Source: Eledone cirrhosa (lineage: Eukaryota). From it: DNA of 64,000 nucleotides. The stretch is from positions 26,660,001 through 26,724,000 of the forward strand of contig OZ024757.1 in the NCBI GenBank assembly GCA_964016885.1, given 5' to 3'. The translations under genes were made by a program, and so were the position numbers. Below the pieces are notes generated by a model. The model saw nothing but the letters and a program-made list of their open reading frames with translations. It was not told the origin of the DNA and searched no databases. Positions 27,544 through 40,625 of the stretch are shown one piece after another. Each line of letters starts with the position of its first letter. Position 1 is the stretch's first letter.

Positions 27544-28817
27544 CAAGGTGTGGACGATATTTGTTCGCAATTTTCAACTGCTAATTTTATGCAAATTTAT
27601 TTTACTTGCGTTGTCACTCTTGTCTTCATAAAAACAGTGACTATATTTCCATTATTTATTTTCGGAATAATTGATTATGAATAATTTTGAACCTCCAAAT
27701 TTGTGGAAGAGACATGGAGTTCTTCTTGGAATCCGCGCCGAGAGAACAAATAAGGAAATTTCAGACTTTCTCAGCGTCAGCAGGAGAATGGTGGAAAAGG
27801 TCAGAAAGGAAGATTCAGGATTTGACTACGAAGCAACATCAGAGAGGAAAACACATGATCGACGATCTGATGCCTTCAGAACGCCCGAGTTCATCGCTGA
27901 AGTTCAGGATATCATCAACAATGAACCTAGCAAGTCGATGCGTGCTATTGCAAGGGAGAAAGGCGTGGATGAAAAGGTGGTACATGAAGACATTCGCTAC
28001 GTTTCATACAAGATGAGGAAAGGACAATTTCTGTTAAAGGCGATGCAAGAAAAGCGACTGAAGCACGCAAAGAAGCTGATCAATAAGTTGAAACACCCAC
28101 TGGAGCCAGACATGCTGTAGTTTTTCTCCGACAAGAAAAACTTCTGCCAAGACCAGAGGATCAACTCCCAGAACAACAGGTGGCTCGCTGTCTCATCCAA
28201 AGACGTGCCCAGAGTCATGCAGACAAAGTTTCCAGCAACAACATTGGTCTTAGGTGTCGTCAGCATTCAAGGTGACGTCATGCCACTTCGCTTCTTCCAT
28301 AAGGGCCTCAAGCTGAACACCAATGGCTACATATGCGTTCTGAGCAAGGTAGTAAAGCCCTGGATCGACCAGGTAGCTGCAGGTAGGCCGTACATGTGGC
28401 AGCAAGACTCAGCGCCCTGCCATACCAGCCGAAAGATCCAAGCCTGGCTGTCAGAGAACTTCGTCGACCACACTTCACCTGACATCTGGCCTCCCAGCTC
28501 GCCTGACTGCAACCCCCTCGACATCTTAGTGTGGGGCGCAGTGGAACGAGACACCAACAGATCTAGCTGCAATACGAAAGATGATCTGAAGGCCTTTAGG
28601 GGCCTAAGTCGGGGGATAGTGACGAAGGCCTGTAGCCGGTTCCAAGGCCATTTTGAGGCCGTCATCAAAGCCAAGGGCGGGTTTATTGAGTGAGATCAAA
28701 AGAACAAGTCATGAAGACAAACTGACCCAAGTTTGATAAATAAATCTTAAAAAATAAAACTACTGTGTTACTTTTTCCTAGACAGTAATCTTGCGAATAG
28801 ATATCGTCTGCACCCTG
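27544..28817 (+). mobile_element. Full-length Tc1/mariner DNA transposon, DD37D (maT) family
   Basis: ~27-bp imperfect TIRs (CAAGGTGTGGACGATATTTGTTCGCAA / TTGCGAATAGATATCGTCTGCACCCTG), TA flanks, internal transposase. Confidence 0.93.
27677..28693 (+). pseudogene. DD37D transposase with one in-frame stop
   Basis: Single frame from ATG 27677 to TGA 28693 broken only by TAG at 28118-28120. Motifs FFSDKKNF, WQQDSAPCH, WPPSSPDCNPLD; 37 residues between D2 and D3. Confidence 0.9.
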
Positions 28818-28872
<55 letters not shown>

Positions 28873-30661
28873 GTATGTATATATGGACATGTAATTCCTG
28901 TTGGAATTGTAGGGATCGTTGTCATGACATAGAGTATATCTTGGGTCCTTTAAACATCTTCAGTGCCGTAGATGAACTAACTCAGCCTAACATGTATGCA
29001 TTCCAGTGCCATGGACGAGATAGCTCGTCCTAACATATTTGAGCTCTTTTCCAACAGTTCATAACTTCAAAGCTAGATGGGGTTACTAGTTTATTGATGT
29101 GACCTTTGTCAATCATTCAGATATGCGTTGTTAATAATGTTTGTTTTAAAAAAAGTCATTTTATTAAAAAAAAAAAACACCCAACGCAGCAACTGTAGCT
29201 GTGTAAAACATACGCAGCAGTCAACAGGTTAAACCTGGCAGAGCCCATCCCCTCTCCATGTCTAAACTCAGCCGATTTCTTCCTGATAAATGAAACAGGG
29301 AGGAAGTGAGAAAGAGAGATAGAGGAATAATCAACCCTAGTCCTGGATTGGTACTTTAGTTATGTATGTATGTAAGGACCCATAAATCCTGATGTAATCG
29401 GAGGAGCCCCATAATAACATACAACATGTCATGGGCACTTTAAACCTAGCAGAGTCCATTTCTTTTCCAGGTGTGAACACAACTAATTTCTTCCAGTGAA
29501 GGAGAGAGAGAATGGTGGAGAGGAAGTAAGAAAGAGATATAGAAGAATTGACCCCAGTAGCAGACTTTAAAAAAAAATGTTTAGTAGACTTTAAAAAAAA
29601 AATTTTTTTTAAATTTGAAAGGCTAAGTTGACCTCGGCAGGATTTGAAATCAGAGTGCAGAGAGCTGGAATAAATACTGCAATATTTCATCTGCCTGTCA
29701 CTGTGAATTGCCTTCCTATTGACCACTGGTCACTGGTCTCTGTCCTCTGAGGCATTTTTGCCCATCGCTGTCTTTGACAGCATTTAGCTGTTTTAATGGC
29801 TGTTCTCGTGATGAGTTTTTCTCATTTTTATATGTATTCAAATACACTCTTACTTCATCTCATTCAGAGACAACATTATTTTAACTGCAAGAAAATGTTA
29901 AATGATATTCTAACAACTCTGCCAAAGTCTGACCACAGTATTGGACTGCTACATCGTTTTTTTTTTTCTGCTTTTTTATTGAACGAAGAAAGAAAAGCAA
30001 AGTTGACCTCAGCAGGATTTTAATTCAGAGTGCTAAGGGCTGAAATAAATACTGCAAAACAATCTATATGATGTTCTAAAGACTGTGTCAAAGTCTAAAG
30101 GTTCACCATTGAAAAGTGTGTTGGGGAGAGAGTGTCATTCAGTGCCCCCAATAATGAACCCAATTTCATCAGACTAAAAATTAGTCTTCAACCCTACAAA
30201 TGTTCATGAGAATCTATCCCTTATTTAAGATAGTATAAACATTTGAATTAACAAAGCCTGTTCTAAGATATTTTCTGCTTCATTTATATTGTATCTGACA
30301 TTCAACCATATAATAATTGTTTCTATTTTAGGCACAAGGCCTGCAATTTGAAGGGGAGGGGAAAGTTGATTAAATCGAACCCAGTGTATAACTGGTGTTT
30401 TATTCTGTCGCCCCCGTTGGGATAAAAGGCAAAGCTAGCCTCGGTGGGTTTTGAACCCAGAAGGTAAAGGGCCGTAACTCTATGCCACGAAGCCCATATA
30501 AAATATAATGTCTGAATAATTGAATAATGATTCATGAGTAAATATTCCAGCAAATATCAACAGTGAGATCTTCACGTCGAGGGGAGATAATTCTTTCCCC
30601 ACAAATTCTTGTAATTGATCAAATACAAATGTCCCTTCAACCTATCTTATTTCACATGCTT

Positions 30662-30697
30662 TCTTCTGATGAAGGACTGGCGTCCGAAACGTTAAGA
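30662..30697 (+). ncRNA. Minimal type-I hammerhead ribozyme-like motif
   Basis: TCTT-CTGATGA-A-GGAC(TGGC)GTCC-GAAA-CG-T-T-AAGA. The ~90 bp downstream are repeated at ~35655-35745. Confidence 0.65.
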
Positions 30698-31081
30698 CCC
30701 TCTTCTTGCTATATCAAGCGTTAACCTAATATATTCCTTCCATATACTGTACCGATTGTGTTGTTATTTCTGTTTACCTTTTACACACACACATTATATA
30801 TATATATATACTAGATGAGGGTAATGTCATCGGCTTCTTTCTGTCAACATACTCTCTCTAGCATGAGTTAGATGAGTTGTCCCATTAGAGGCAAGTTGAG
30901 TCAAGTGACCATGTCTTGCTTATACAAAACTGTTTCTGGCTAGATTTCCTCAGCTGGATGCCAGAACTTATAATCTGACACTCATTGTCGGGCTTCCAAA
31001 TAATTAAACCCTTGATATATTTGTTCTGCATCAGGTTTGACACAAAGAATGAAACAAACTAAATTAGAAGGCTGTACTTAC

Positions 31082-31224
31082 ATGTTCACCAAAGACAATC
31101 AAGGCACCAAATTTGGGAGCAAGATCAAACATGAGTCCTGAAGCATTCCAGAATGCTTCAATGGGCCCCTCATTTCCAGTGTAGAAGAATATCGGGCCAT
31201 CGTGTTTCTGGTCCCACCATTTGT
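31082..31224 (-). CDS. DPP7: Dipeptidyl peptidase 2 (DPP7-like, S28 family), coding exon 2
   Basis: ttaattacag acceptor, gtaagt donor; (D)KWWDQKHDGPIFFYTGNEGPIEAFWNASGLMFDLAPKFGALIVFGEH; in phase with exon 1. Confidence 0.9.
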
Positions 31225-31434
31225 CTGTAATTAAAAAATCAGCTGAATAGAATGCAATCAAACATACGAATACACGGATACATACACATACATAAACACA
31301 GATACATACACAAACACACATGTACACACACATACATAAACACACACACACACGTACACATAAACACACATAAACAGGTCCTAAATTTGGTACAGACTTA
31401 CATCTATTGGTATGTTTATATCTTAGTATAATAA

Positions 31435-32705
31435 TAATAATTGTTTCTATTTTTGGCACAAGACGAGCAATTACTTCAGTGTATTACTGGTACTTTATTT
31501 TAGTATAATAATAATTGTTTCTACTTTAGGCACAAGGCCAGCAATTAACCAGTGCATTACTGGTACTTTATTTTATCGACCCCGTAAGGATGAAAGGCAA
31601 AGTCAACCTCGGCGCGATTTGAACTCAGATCGTAAAGGGACGTAACTATGCTGGAAAGCATGGCGTCCGACCCTCTACCGATACTGCCAATAATGATTTC
31701 TACTATAGGCACAAGGCCAGCAATATTTTTGGGAGGGGAAATTTTATTAAATTGACTCCAGTGCATTACTGGTACTTTAATTTATCGACCCCTGTAAGGA
31801 TGAAAGGCAAAGCTAACCTCGACGGGATTTGGACTCAGAACGTAATGGGCCGTAACTCTCTGCCGAAAAGCATGGTGTCAGACGCTATGTTGATAATAAT
31901 GGTAATTTCTTTATTGGCCACTAGGGCCTACATATAGGGGACAATTCAAAAAGACAAGGACAGTGGGGTTTAAATTAATAATTAACAATAAAAATTACAA
32001 CAAAAAAAATTCCCCAAGAGGGGAGACAACTACCCAGAAGAGACTCGAGTACCCCACCAATCCCGAACTACCTGACGCTTCGAGGGCACCCAGTTACATA
32101 CTGATTCAATTAAACTGACCCCAGTATGTAACTGGTGCTTTATATAAGGATAATAGGCAAAGTTGACTTCAGCGGGATTTGAACTCAGAACATAAATAAC
32201 AGTAACTAAATGCCACAAAGCAGTTTGTCTAACGCTCTACCGAGTCTGTCAATCCACCACTCTATTTTTTTCTTTCTACCTTTAATAATTGTTTCTACTT
32301 TTGGCACAAGGCCAGCAATTATCCCAGTGTATTACTGGTACTTTATTTTATCGACCCCGTAAAGATGAAAGGCAAAGTTAACCTCGGCAGGATTTGAACT
32401 CAGACCATAAAGGGCCGTAGCTCTTTGCTGCAAAGCATGGCGTTCGACCCTCTACCAATACTGCCAATTCACTGCCCTTTCTAATAATGATTTCTAGTAT
32501 AGGCACAAAGCCAGTAATTTGGGGGGAGGGGAAAGTTGATTAAATTGATCCCAGTACATTACTGGTGCTTTATTTTATCGACCCCGTAAGGATGAAAGGC
32601 AAAGTTAACCTCAGCGGGATTTGAACTCAGACCATAAAGGGCCGTAACTCTATGCTGCAAAGCATGGTGTTCGACTCTCTACCGATACTGCCAATTCACC
32701 GCCCT
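31435..32705 (-). mobile_element. Tandem cluster of SINE family B copies
   Basis: At least five head-to-tail full or partial copies in DPP7 intron 1; another at 34715-34876. Confidence 0.85.
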
Positions 32706-32869
32706 CTTTCTACCTTTAATAATAATAATAGTGTTGTTTTTTGTACTTTTCAAGAATATCTTGCTAATGTGATTTTATGTAGCACAGCAGTGTTTCCATT
32801 GTACCTGTGGCTCCCAGAGTGGTCTCTGGGGTTCCGTGAATAAAAGTAGAGGAGTATATTTATATTACG

Positions 32870-33152
32870 ACCATATAAGTTGTGGTGTGCAGGAGAGAAG
32901 ACTGCGGTGGTATGGACATGTGATGCACATGGAGGATGACCGCTGGGTAAAGAAGTGCCAAGAAATCCCAGTAGAAGGAAGACGCAGTACAGGAAGACCA
33001 CAAAAACATGGGTGGAGGTGGTGTGAGCAGACCTCAGATCGCTGAAACTCACAGAGGAGATGACGAAGGACCGTGACAAGTGGAGAGATGCTGTGCTGAA
33101 TAGGATCCGTCCCACTCTTGCAAACAGGGAAAAGCGGACGTATGATGATGAT
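32870..33152 (+). mobile_element. RTE-clade LINE 3' end
   Basis: QERRLRWYGHVMHM...GRRSTGRP, ending in CTTGCAAACAGGGAAAAGCGGACGTA(TGA)n. Inverted shorter copy at ~53505-53680. Confidence 0.85.
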
Positions 33153-36100
33153 GATAACAGTATTAGATTTTGGGGTAACCCCGAAAAGTTTCTGAACCAA
33201 AAAGGGTTCGGTGTTTGAAAAAGTAGTACAGAAGGTCAATAGTTAAACTAATTAGCTTATACTTTTAGGGGCTTCTTGGGATTAATTTTCACAAATAACT
33301 GATAAAATGTCAAGTTTATAAATGAATTAATATAAAGGATAATGATGAGAAGTAAGATATATCTTGAGATTTATGAGAAGTACTGTGTTAAGGACTGGGG
33401 AGGAAGGGGGATAAAGCTGAATGATGACAAATATAGGTTGTGATTTGTGAGAAGTGTTATGTGAAGGACTGGGGATGGTGGGGTAGAGGTGATTACAGGT
33501 AGCAAATAGCTGTTGTGATTTATGAGAAATGCTGTGTTAAGTATAAGGGGTGGGTGATGGTAAAGAGAGGTGGAAAATATAGATTGTAATTTGTGAGAAT
33601 TGCTGTGTTTATGGACTGCTGAGTCATGGCATGACATATCTAGAAATAGAATATCTTTCTGTCAAGTTCACTTATGAAGATAAAAACTAAAGATTTCCTG
33701 TCTTGGAGATAACCTATCTCTACTGCCTAGACTAACCTTTTAGCATTTACATTACTCTATATATATTATTGTATTTTTGTGGTAAAGACTTTACCTTACA
33801 TAATATCTCACATAATATCAAATCTATGAGATTTTGATATTATTTATTTTGAGAAAATTACCTTAACATCAGTATGAGTGGCCAGTTACAGCCAGTTAGA
33901 AGAGAAAACTTTGGCCAGATATGGCCAGTTTAAATGCCAAAGGGCTAAAGATGAAGGTTATGACAACCTGTTTCTCTAACCTGGCTTAGATTTCTTCTGG
34001 TTGAAATTATTTCTCTTTAATACATCTTACAGAGGAAAGGCATGAATATCACCACTTGCAGTTAAACTTTTATTTAGACCTTGAAACTGCTCTTGGTGGT
34101 AAATTTATATTATTACAAGCATCCTACATTTGTCACCTCTTTGGCGTTAGGAAGGGCATCCGGCTGTAGAAATCTAGGGAGAAAGAGTCCTCTCTATGAG
34201 CAAGACACGGTCACACGACCCAATTTGTCTCTAATGGGACAAACCCGTCTAACCCATGCTAGTGTGGAAAATAGGCAAACGATGATGATGATGATCTCCA
34301 GGGTAGGTGTTTTGGAGTTCTCTGGCGAGGGAACCACAGAAAATTACTAATTTACGATTATTTTAAAAGCCCTATTTGTTTAAAACAAAAAGTCATAAAA
34401 AAAACCTAAAAATCATATTCAAAATTCTAACCAACCCCATCAACTACCCTTAAAATCAAAGAAATCTTACTCTTATATTTGTCTTAGAGGTGGGGGTAAT
34501 AATAAAAGTTTATCCCACAGCATCTACAATCATCATCATCGTCGTTTAACTTTCATCTTCCACGCTAGCAAGGGTAGGACGGGTTGACCCTTAGGGAGAG
34601 AATCAGGTCAAAGGACGATGTTTAGCTCACCCGGGGCAGATTTTAAATATAAACACCTTATTTTAAGGTGTTTATATCTGTTTAAAACCATCCCATCATT
34701 ATTCCTGTGGGTGGGGGTCGATTAAATCGAACTTAGTACATTACTGGTACTTTATTTTATCGACCCCGTAAGGATGAAAGGCAAAGTTAACCTCAGCAGG
34801 ATTTGAACTCAGACCGTAAAGGGGCGTAACTCTATGCTACAAAGCATGGCGTCCGACCCTCAACCGATTCTGCCAGTAGTAGGGAATTGGTCCTAGTTGT
34901 CATTTGTTTTTGTTTTCTATTATTGTTATATCTTCAGAGATGTCCCCTTTCCTTTACCCTGTAATGTTTTCCAACATAGCAAGAACACCCAACAGGAATT
35001 TTGACAACATACAGTACTTGACTGTTACTTCATCAAATCAACAAGGACGCCTCTACGCAGCTGACATGGAACACTAAACAACAACTGATATTTCGTTTTA
35101 CTGACCCCCGAAATTATGAATAATTAATCTTAGTCTTCTAGTTTAATTCTATTGTTCTTACCAAGGATTCTCCACAGCAGTGGTTCCCAGATTTATTTTG
35201 TTGCAGAAACTTTATACGATTTTCCAAAAACCTCAGAACCCATGCATATATTTTACAGACGATTCCCATCACCCAAATTTTAATAACACATTAAATGAAA
35301 CAAATATGCATTGAAGGAATATATCTTTCATTGTATCATCCTTTGTAGTGTTACCGAGGCATTTGTAATGTTATTTATGTATATATTTAAAACATATTTG
35401 TTATGTTATTCTACTGTAAATTTATTTATATGCTCTGTTTATATTTTCATTCTGAAGGAATTGCAAACGATTTGTAATGTTGTTTGTGCAACTATGAAGT
35501 ATTAATTGTATTAATATGTATTATATTTTCATTCTGTAAGAATTATAGACAATAAAATGAATATTTTTATGTTAAATGAAACAAACATTTTCAAGATATA
35601 TATATATATATAATACATACATACACACACATATATAGACGCGCACATACACACACTCTTCCTTCTATTTCAAGCGTTAAACTAATATATTCCTTCCATG
35701 TACTATGCCGGTTTTTTTTTTGTTATTTCTGTTTACCTTTTACACACACACACACACACAGAAACACACACACACACGTATATATATATATATATATATA
35801 TACAAGATCCCGTTAAGGGTGAAAGCAGCGATTCTTTGCTTAAACTGTAATCTGTTATTTTAATAAATATATATATATACGCTATATACGCACACACACA
35901 TATTTATATAAAGAAGTTTTCCCAAAATGGTTTTTCAACGAGAAACGGAAGGGAGCCACAGTTAAATAAGGTACTCAATACATTAGTAGAGAAGATATAT
36001 ATATATATATACTTTTTACGAGACTAGAACAGTTTAATTCAATATTACATAAGACATATATATTTGTTAAATTTTATCAAGAGACACTTTATAACGCGAG

Positions 36101-36458
36101 ACCCCGGAAATTTTTCATGGAACCCACGTGTTTGGTGAAAAAAATGCCTTCTCTAAAGGAATATTACGTCGAATGGTACTTTATTTTATGGACCTAGAAA
36201 TGAAAAGCAAAGTTCATCTTTGTCTTCTTTACAATTACTAATTTGTATCAAATGGCCTCAATATGAACTTAAAATAATTATAGAACTTGGTCGATATTTT
36301 ATTTTATCGACCTGTCGTCCTCCCCGAATTATGATAAACAGAACGCAAAACATAAATATTACGGTACTTTAACGATTCTGGTCAGTCCATTTAGTGAATA
36401 AAATAGCAAAGAATGAAAGACGACATTAATAAACTAGGATGTAATAAAAAAGATTTAC

Positions 36459-36660
36459 CTTGAACTAAGTATCTTTGACGGAAGGTTTTGTTTCCAGTGT
36501 CGGCAAAATTAAAATGATCCACATACTGGTCTATGTATTGCACAGTGTAAGATACCGATTCCCTCTCATTGGTATCGGTTCCATAACAACCAACAGAACC
36601 GTATAATACTAGCAATACAGACACACAAACTAAATAACTAACTTGTCCGCTAAAAGCCAT
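36459..36660 (-). CDS. DPP7: Dipeptidyl peptidase 2 (DPP7-like), coding exon 1
   Basis: ATG, hydrophobic signal peptide, then YIDQYVDHFNFADTGNKTFRQRYLVQ, and a G|gtaaat donor. DHFNF..GNKTF.QR is closer to DPP7 than to PRCP, from recalled human sequences. Confidence 0.9.
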
Positions 36661-36726
36661 TGTTATTATTTACGAAAATTCCAGTTGAAATTTTACCCTC
36701 TGGACCGAACGAAACGATGGAGAAGG

Positions 36727-36769
36727 CGTGACACTAACCACGTGACTAACACTGTCATGGGAACATGAC
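36727..36769 (-). promoter_or_regulatory. CLEAR/E-box cluster upstream of DPP7
   Basis: GTCACGTGG at 36738-36746 plus GTCACG/GTCATG half-sites, ~70-110 bp upstream of the ATG of a lysosomal enzyme gene. Confidence 0.5.
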
Positions 36770-37429
36770 TCTTAACTTTGACCTCTCGTTTCGGTTTTTC
36801 TCTTTCTTCTCCGTCAAGTGCTCTTTCGCTCTTTATCTCACAGGCTTATAAAATAATAATAAAAATGATTTCTTTCTTTCTTTATTTTTATTTATTCATT
36901 ATTTATTTATTTATAATAATAATTGTTTCAACTTTTGGCACAAGGCCAGCAAATACCAGTACATTACTGGTACTTTATTTTATCGACCCCGTAAGTACGA
37001 AAGGCAAAGTTAACCTTAATGAAGATTATTGTGTACAGTGCTCTTCTTTCTTTCCTGTTTATCTTCCTTTCTCTTTTTCTTTTTTCTCCCTTAAGGGCTC
37101 TTTCGCTCTTTATTTCACCCACTTATCGTTTGTTTTCCTTTCATCGTTTTATCTTTCTTTTTTCTCTTCCTTTCTTTCCCGTTTATCTGTAGCAGCGATA
37201 ACGATACCAAACTCGTCTACATTTATTTACAGTGAGATAAACTATACGTGGCCTGGTAGAAATAACAACCGAATCACCCTCAAACCACACTATATCGTCT
37301 TAAATTAAAGACATTCATAATATAGCCTTAGAAGCCCTTAATTAAACGGGATTATTATGAATGGAATGATTTCGATCATAGGCCTGCTTTACCTGGAATG
37401 ATCTGGGGCTAAAAACAACATCACTCAAG

Positions 37430-38240
37430 TTTTCGCCTACTTTCCGCAAGCGCAAAATTCTCGGGGGACTGGGTTGATGCCCTGCTCCGTAGCCAACATC
37501 GGTGGCATACTCAGTCTTGATGAGCTTCGCATCTCCATTACACTCTAAGTGGGAGCCGATGTGTGTAGGGGACTGAAATATCACTGTAGTAGGCCTTCGA
37601 CTCCACAGGTCTCCATAGTTTGTTTTGTCCAGTGCCGGATTTAGGACAAATGAGGCTGTGCTAGTTTAGTTATGAGGCCCCTTGAAGGAGATAAACAATT
37701 TGTTTGGCAGGGTGATGCTCCCCCTTCCCTGGCCAACGGGGCCCTGTACTTAAGCACACCTAAGCACAATTGTAAATTCAACACTGGTCTTGTTGCTTGA
37801 ATGCTGGCCGTTTCGCTCGCCATCAGAGCTAAACTTAATTATTAAGCGGGCCTTGGTTCGGGTCAATATCCTCTCGATTCTGGAGCCGGCTGGGTTGTCC
37901 AGATTTAATGGGAAGAGGACCAGATGGTCTTACCCTTTGTCCTTGGATAAGAGGTAGATGTCTCATCTCGGACGCCACAGTTAGTGACTCTTTTGCTCCT
38001 TCCCACATCCTGGATGTTGCGGTAAATTTGAGGGTCACCACTTCAGTAGGCGAACGGAATAAAATTCTAAAATACCGGAAAATATCGACAAGATATTTTT
38101 TCCAGTGTGAGGCGTTCCAGATGTTTGGGGGTTTAGAACCGCTAATAACAAAGTTATTATCACCGAGGTATCAAGTGATGCCCGCAAAGGTGTTTGGTTG
38201 TTCCTGTGCCTTAGCCTCGCTATTACCCGCAGAGTTGCGA
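37430..38240 (+). mobile_element. CRE-like non-LTR retrotransposon fragment (restriction-like endonuclease region), frameshifted
   Basis: Pieces AGRFARH, LNLIIKRALVRVNILSILEPAGL and PDGLTLCPWIRGRCLISDATVSDSFAPSH...ERNKILKY; interrupted by a MITE. Confidence 0.75.
37630..37786. mobile_element. hAT-type MITE (TIR CAGTGCCGGATTT)
   Basis: TIRs with degenerate 8-bp flanking duplication (gttttgtc/gtcttgtt). Opposite-orientation copies at 42382-42566 and 46761-46927. Confidence 0.8.
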
Positions 38241-38787
38241 GACCAGATCTGCTAACCTGTAAAAACCAAAACGGGGAGTACCATGCAAAAAAGTGCTCCA
38301 AAATGGAAATATAGAATCAAAACGAAAGAAAATATTAAGTTATCAATAAGTGTGTCAGTCGGTCACACACACAGACCTATCAACTCTCCCCGACCGACGG
38401 GGAGATCTCCCACCCACTTTCGGGTGAGTGAGAGATGTCATCTCTTGTAAAAATGGGTATAGCTTTCATTATGCAAAATCTCCCCATTTTTGCCTCATTT
38501 CTCTCTGTTTTGGGGCCCTTTTTTTCATGGTACTCCCTGTTTGGGTTTTTAGAGGATGGCAGGTATATACATTCTTTTTTTAAGACAGTAGAGTGTGACT
38601 TGAAGAAGATTTGGCTGCTCTTACCAGCAGATTGAATAACCATGTAGAGATTCCCGCTTTTGAGGTTTGTTGGTATATTTTTTATTATTACTCGTCTCCG
38701 AGACGGATATTATAGATTTCTCAGGTGGGGGGAACCACAGAAAACGAGTAATTTGAGTCGGTTTTGAGTCTATATTCGTGCAAAACA

Positions 38788-38827
<40 letters not shown>

Positions 38828-39705
38828 CACGAAAAACTTAAATTTCACCTTCAAAATTTTAACCGTCCTGGAGACGGGTGTAATAGTAAAGATATACCAA
38901 CAAAGTTCCAAAGAGGGAATCTCTACGTGGTTATTCAATCTGTTGGCAGGAGCAGCCAAATCTCCCTCAAGCGATACCCTACAGTTTGAAGAAAAAAAAG
39001 TATGTACTGTATGTGATTTAGCTGCTAGACTAGCAGTCTCTGTTCCTACATAGGCGCAAACTCTTCAGCGGTTTGTTTCCGAATTAAGAATTAACTCCTT
39101 TGACGAATCAAACAAAACCTGACACACAGCGATGTAGAAAAACAAACTAAGCAATTGTCAACCAAATATAGGCGTTTGATTCTTTGTAGGATGTCTAATT
39201 AACTCCCCCATAACAACATAAGAACTCTCTAGTGTCTTTTAATAAGAACAGCAGTTAACTCCCTTGCTCATGTGCTGCGCTGTTTACAAACTGCGTCGAA
39301 AGTTGGATTGATCAACCAAGACAAAGATGTAGCGACTTTGGACTTAATTCCTGCTATGTGGACACACTCAAAGTGCAATCAAACTGTCGTTTGGTTCTCA
39401 GTACATTGTTTTGGTACCTCTTTTTTTTTTTAAATATCGACACTTGGAGCAAATTTGATCTGTGATCAACTAGTCTTATTTCCTGGTTGTGAAGAAAGGA
39501 AATTTATCAACACAACTTCACTTTTAATTTGTCAAGGAAACGTTTCGTTGATGTTCGCTTAGCTTCATTAAATATATTATATATGTTCTTTTAATGCTTC
39601 CTTAGTTCTTCCCTGCATTCTATTATCTACCTAAATTTATTTCCACCAATATAACCACACGTACATATATCTATTTCCACCACCATCTTCATACATTCTT
39701 CCACC

Positions 39706-39814
39706 ATGATCAAGCTGTCTACTCAGAATATTTGTCGTTCCCAAGTTATCGTCCGGGCTATCCACACTGCACTTGTTATTGGAGTACCTCTCGTCTTAAT
39801 AACTCAAGACACGG
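39706..39814 (+). CDS. ZDHHC12: Palmitoyltransferase ZDHHC12, coding exon 1 of 5
   Basis: Kozak-like ccaccATG; MIKLSTQNICRSQVIVRAIHTALVIGVPLVLITQDT; G|gtgagt donor. Five exons join in frame to 858 nt (285 aa + stop). Confidence 0.9.
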
Positions 39815-40122
39815 GTGAGTACATCTCCGATCGGGTATTGCTTTCGCTTCCACCCTTCTCTCCTATGTAAAAAAAAACCAACCCGTCATTTTGTCAATCT
39901 TTCTATCCGTTTATCTAATCTTGATTTAGTTGCTATTTTTAGCAAAATGAGTGGCTACGTAAGAGTTCTCTCGTTCGTGTGTATTCCTATATAAACACAA
40001 TAAGGGCTTCTCTTGTTCGATTTGGTGTAGACGAGGCAAGATGATTATATATATATACAGGGTGTCCAAAGGAATGTGTACACATATGTTGAAGTGTGTA
40101 TACATTTTTGGGGGACACCCTT

Positions 40123-40172
<50 letters not shown>

Positions 40173-40227
40173 TGCCGGGTCAATCGGCTTTAACTACAGT
40201 AAGGTACTCAATACATAGAGTATATAC

Positions 40228-40625
40228 AAGATTTGATATAGAGATGGCTTCTACAGGATTAGAACTGTTTCATTCGAAGGAAATCATCAGATCAGAATGG
40301 AAGCAGTAAAATCTGTTAGACCATTATTCATGAGAGTTCTCGATACTTAGGGTAGTAGAGTGGGTAATATGAAAAATTCTGGACCCCGACGGCTGAGCTC
40401 CTGCCGTTTCAACAGTTAGATCTAACTGTTGAAACGGCAGGAGCTGAGCCTTCGGGGTCCCGAATTTTTCATTTATATACATATATATATATCGACGATC
40501 GTTCAGACGAAATAAGTAGACTAAGTCAGTCGCAGCTTCCACTGTGACTCACACAGGAAAGCCCTGATGATTTCCTTCGAATGAAACAGTTCTAGTCCTG
40601 TAGAAGCCATCTCTACATTAAATCT

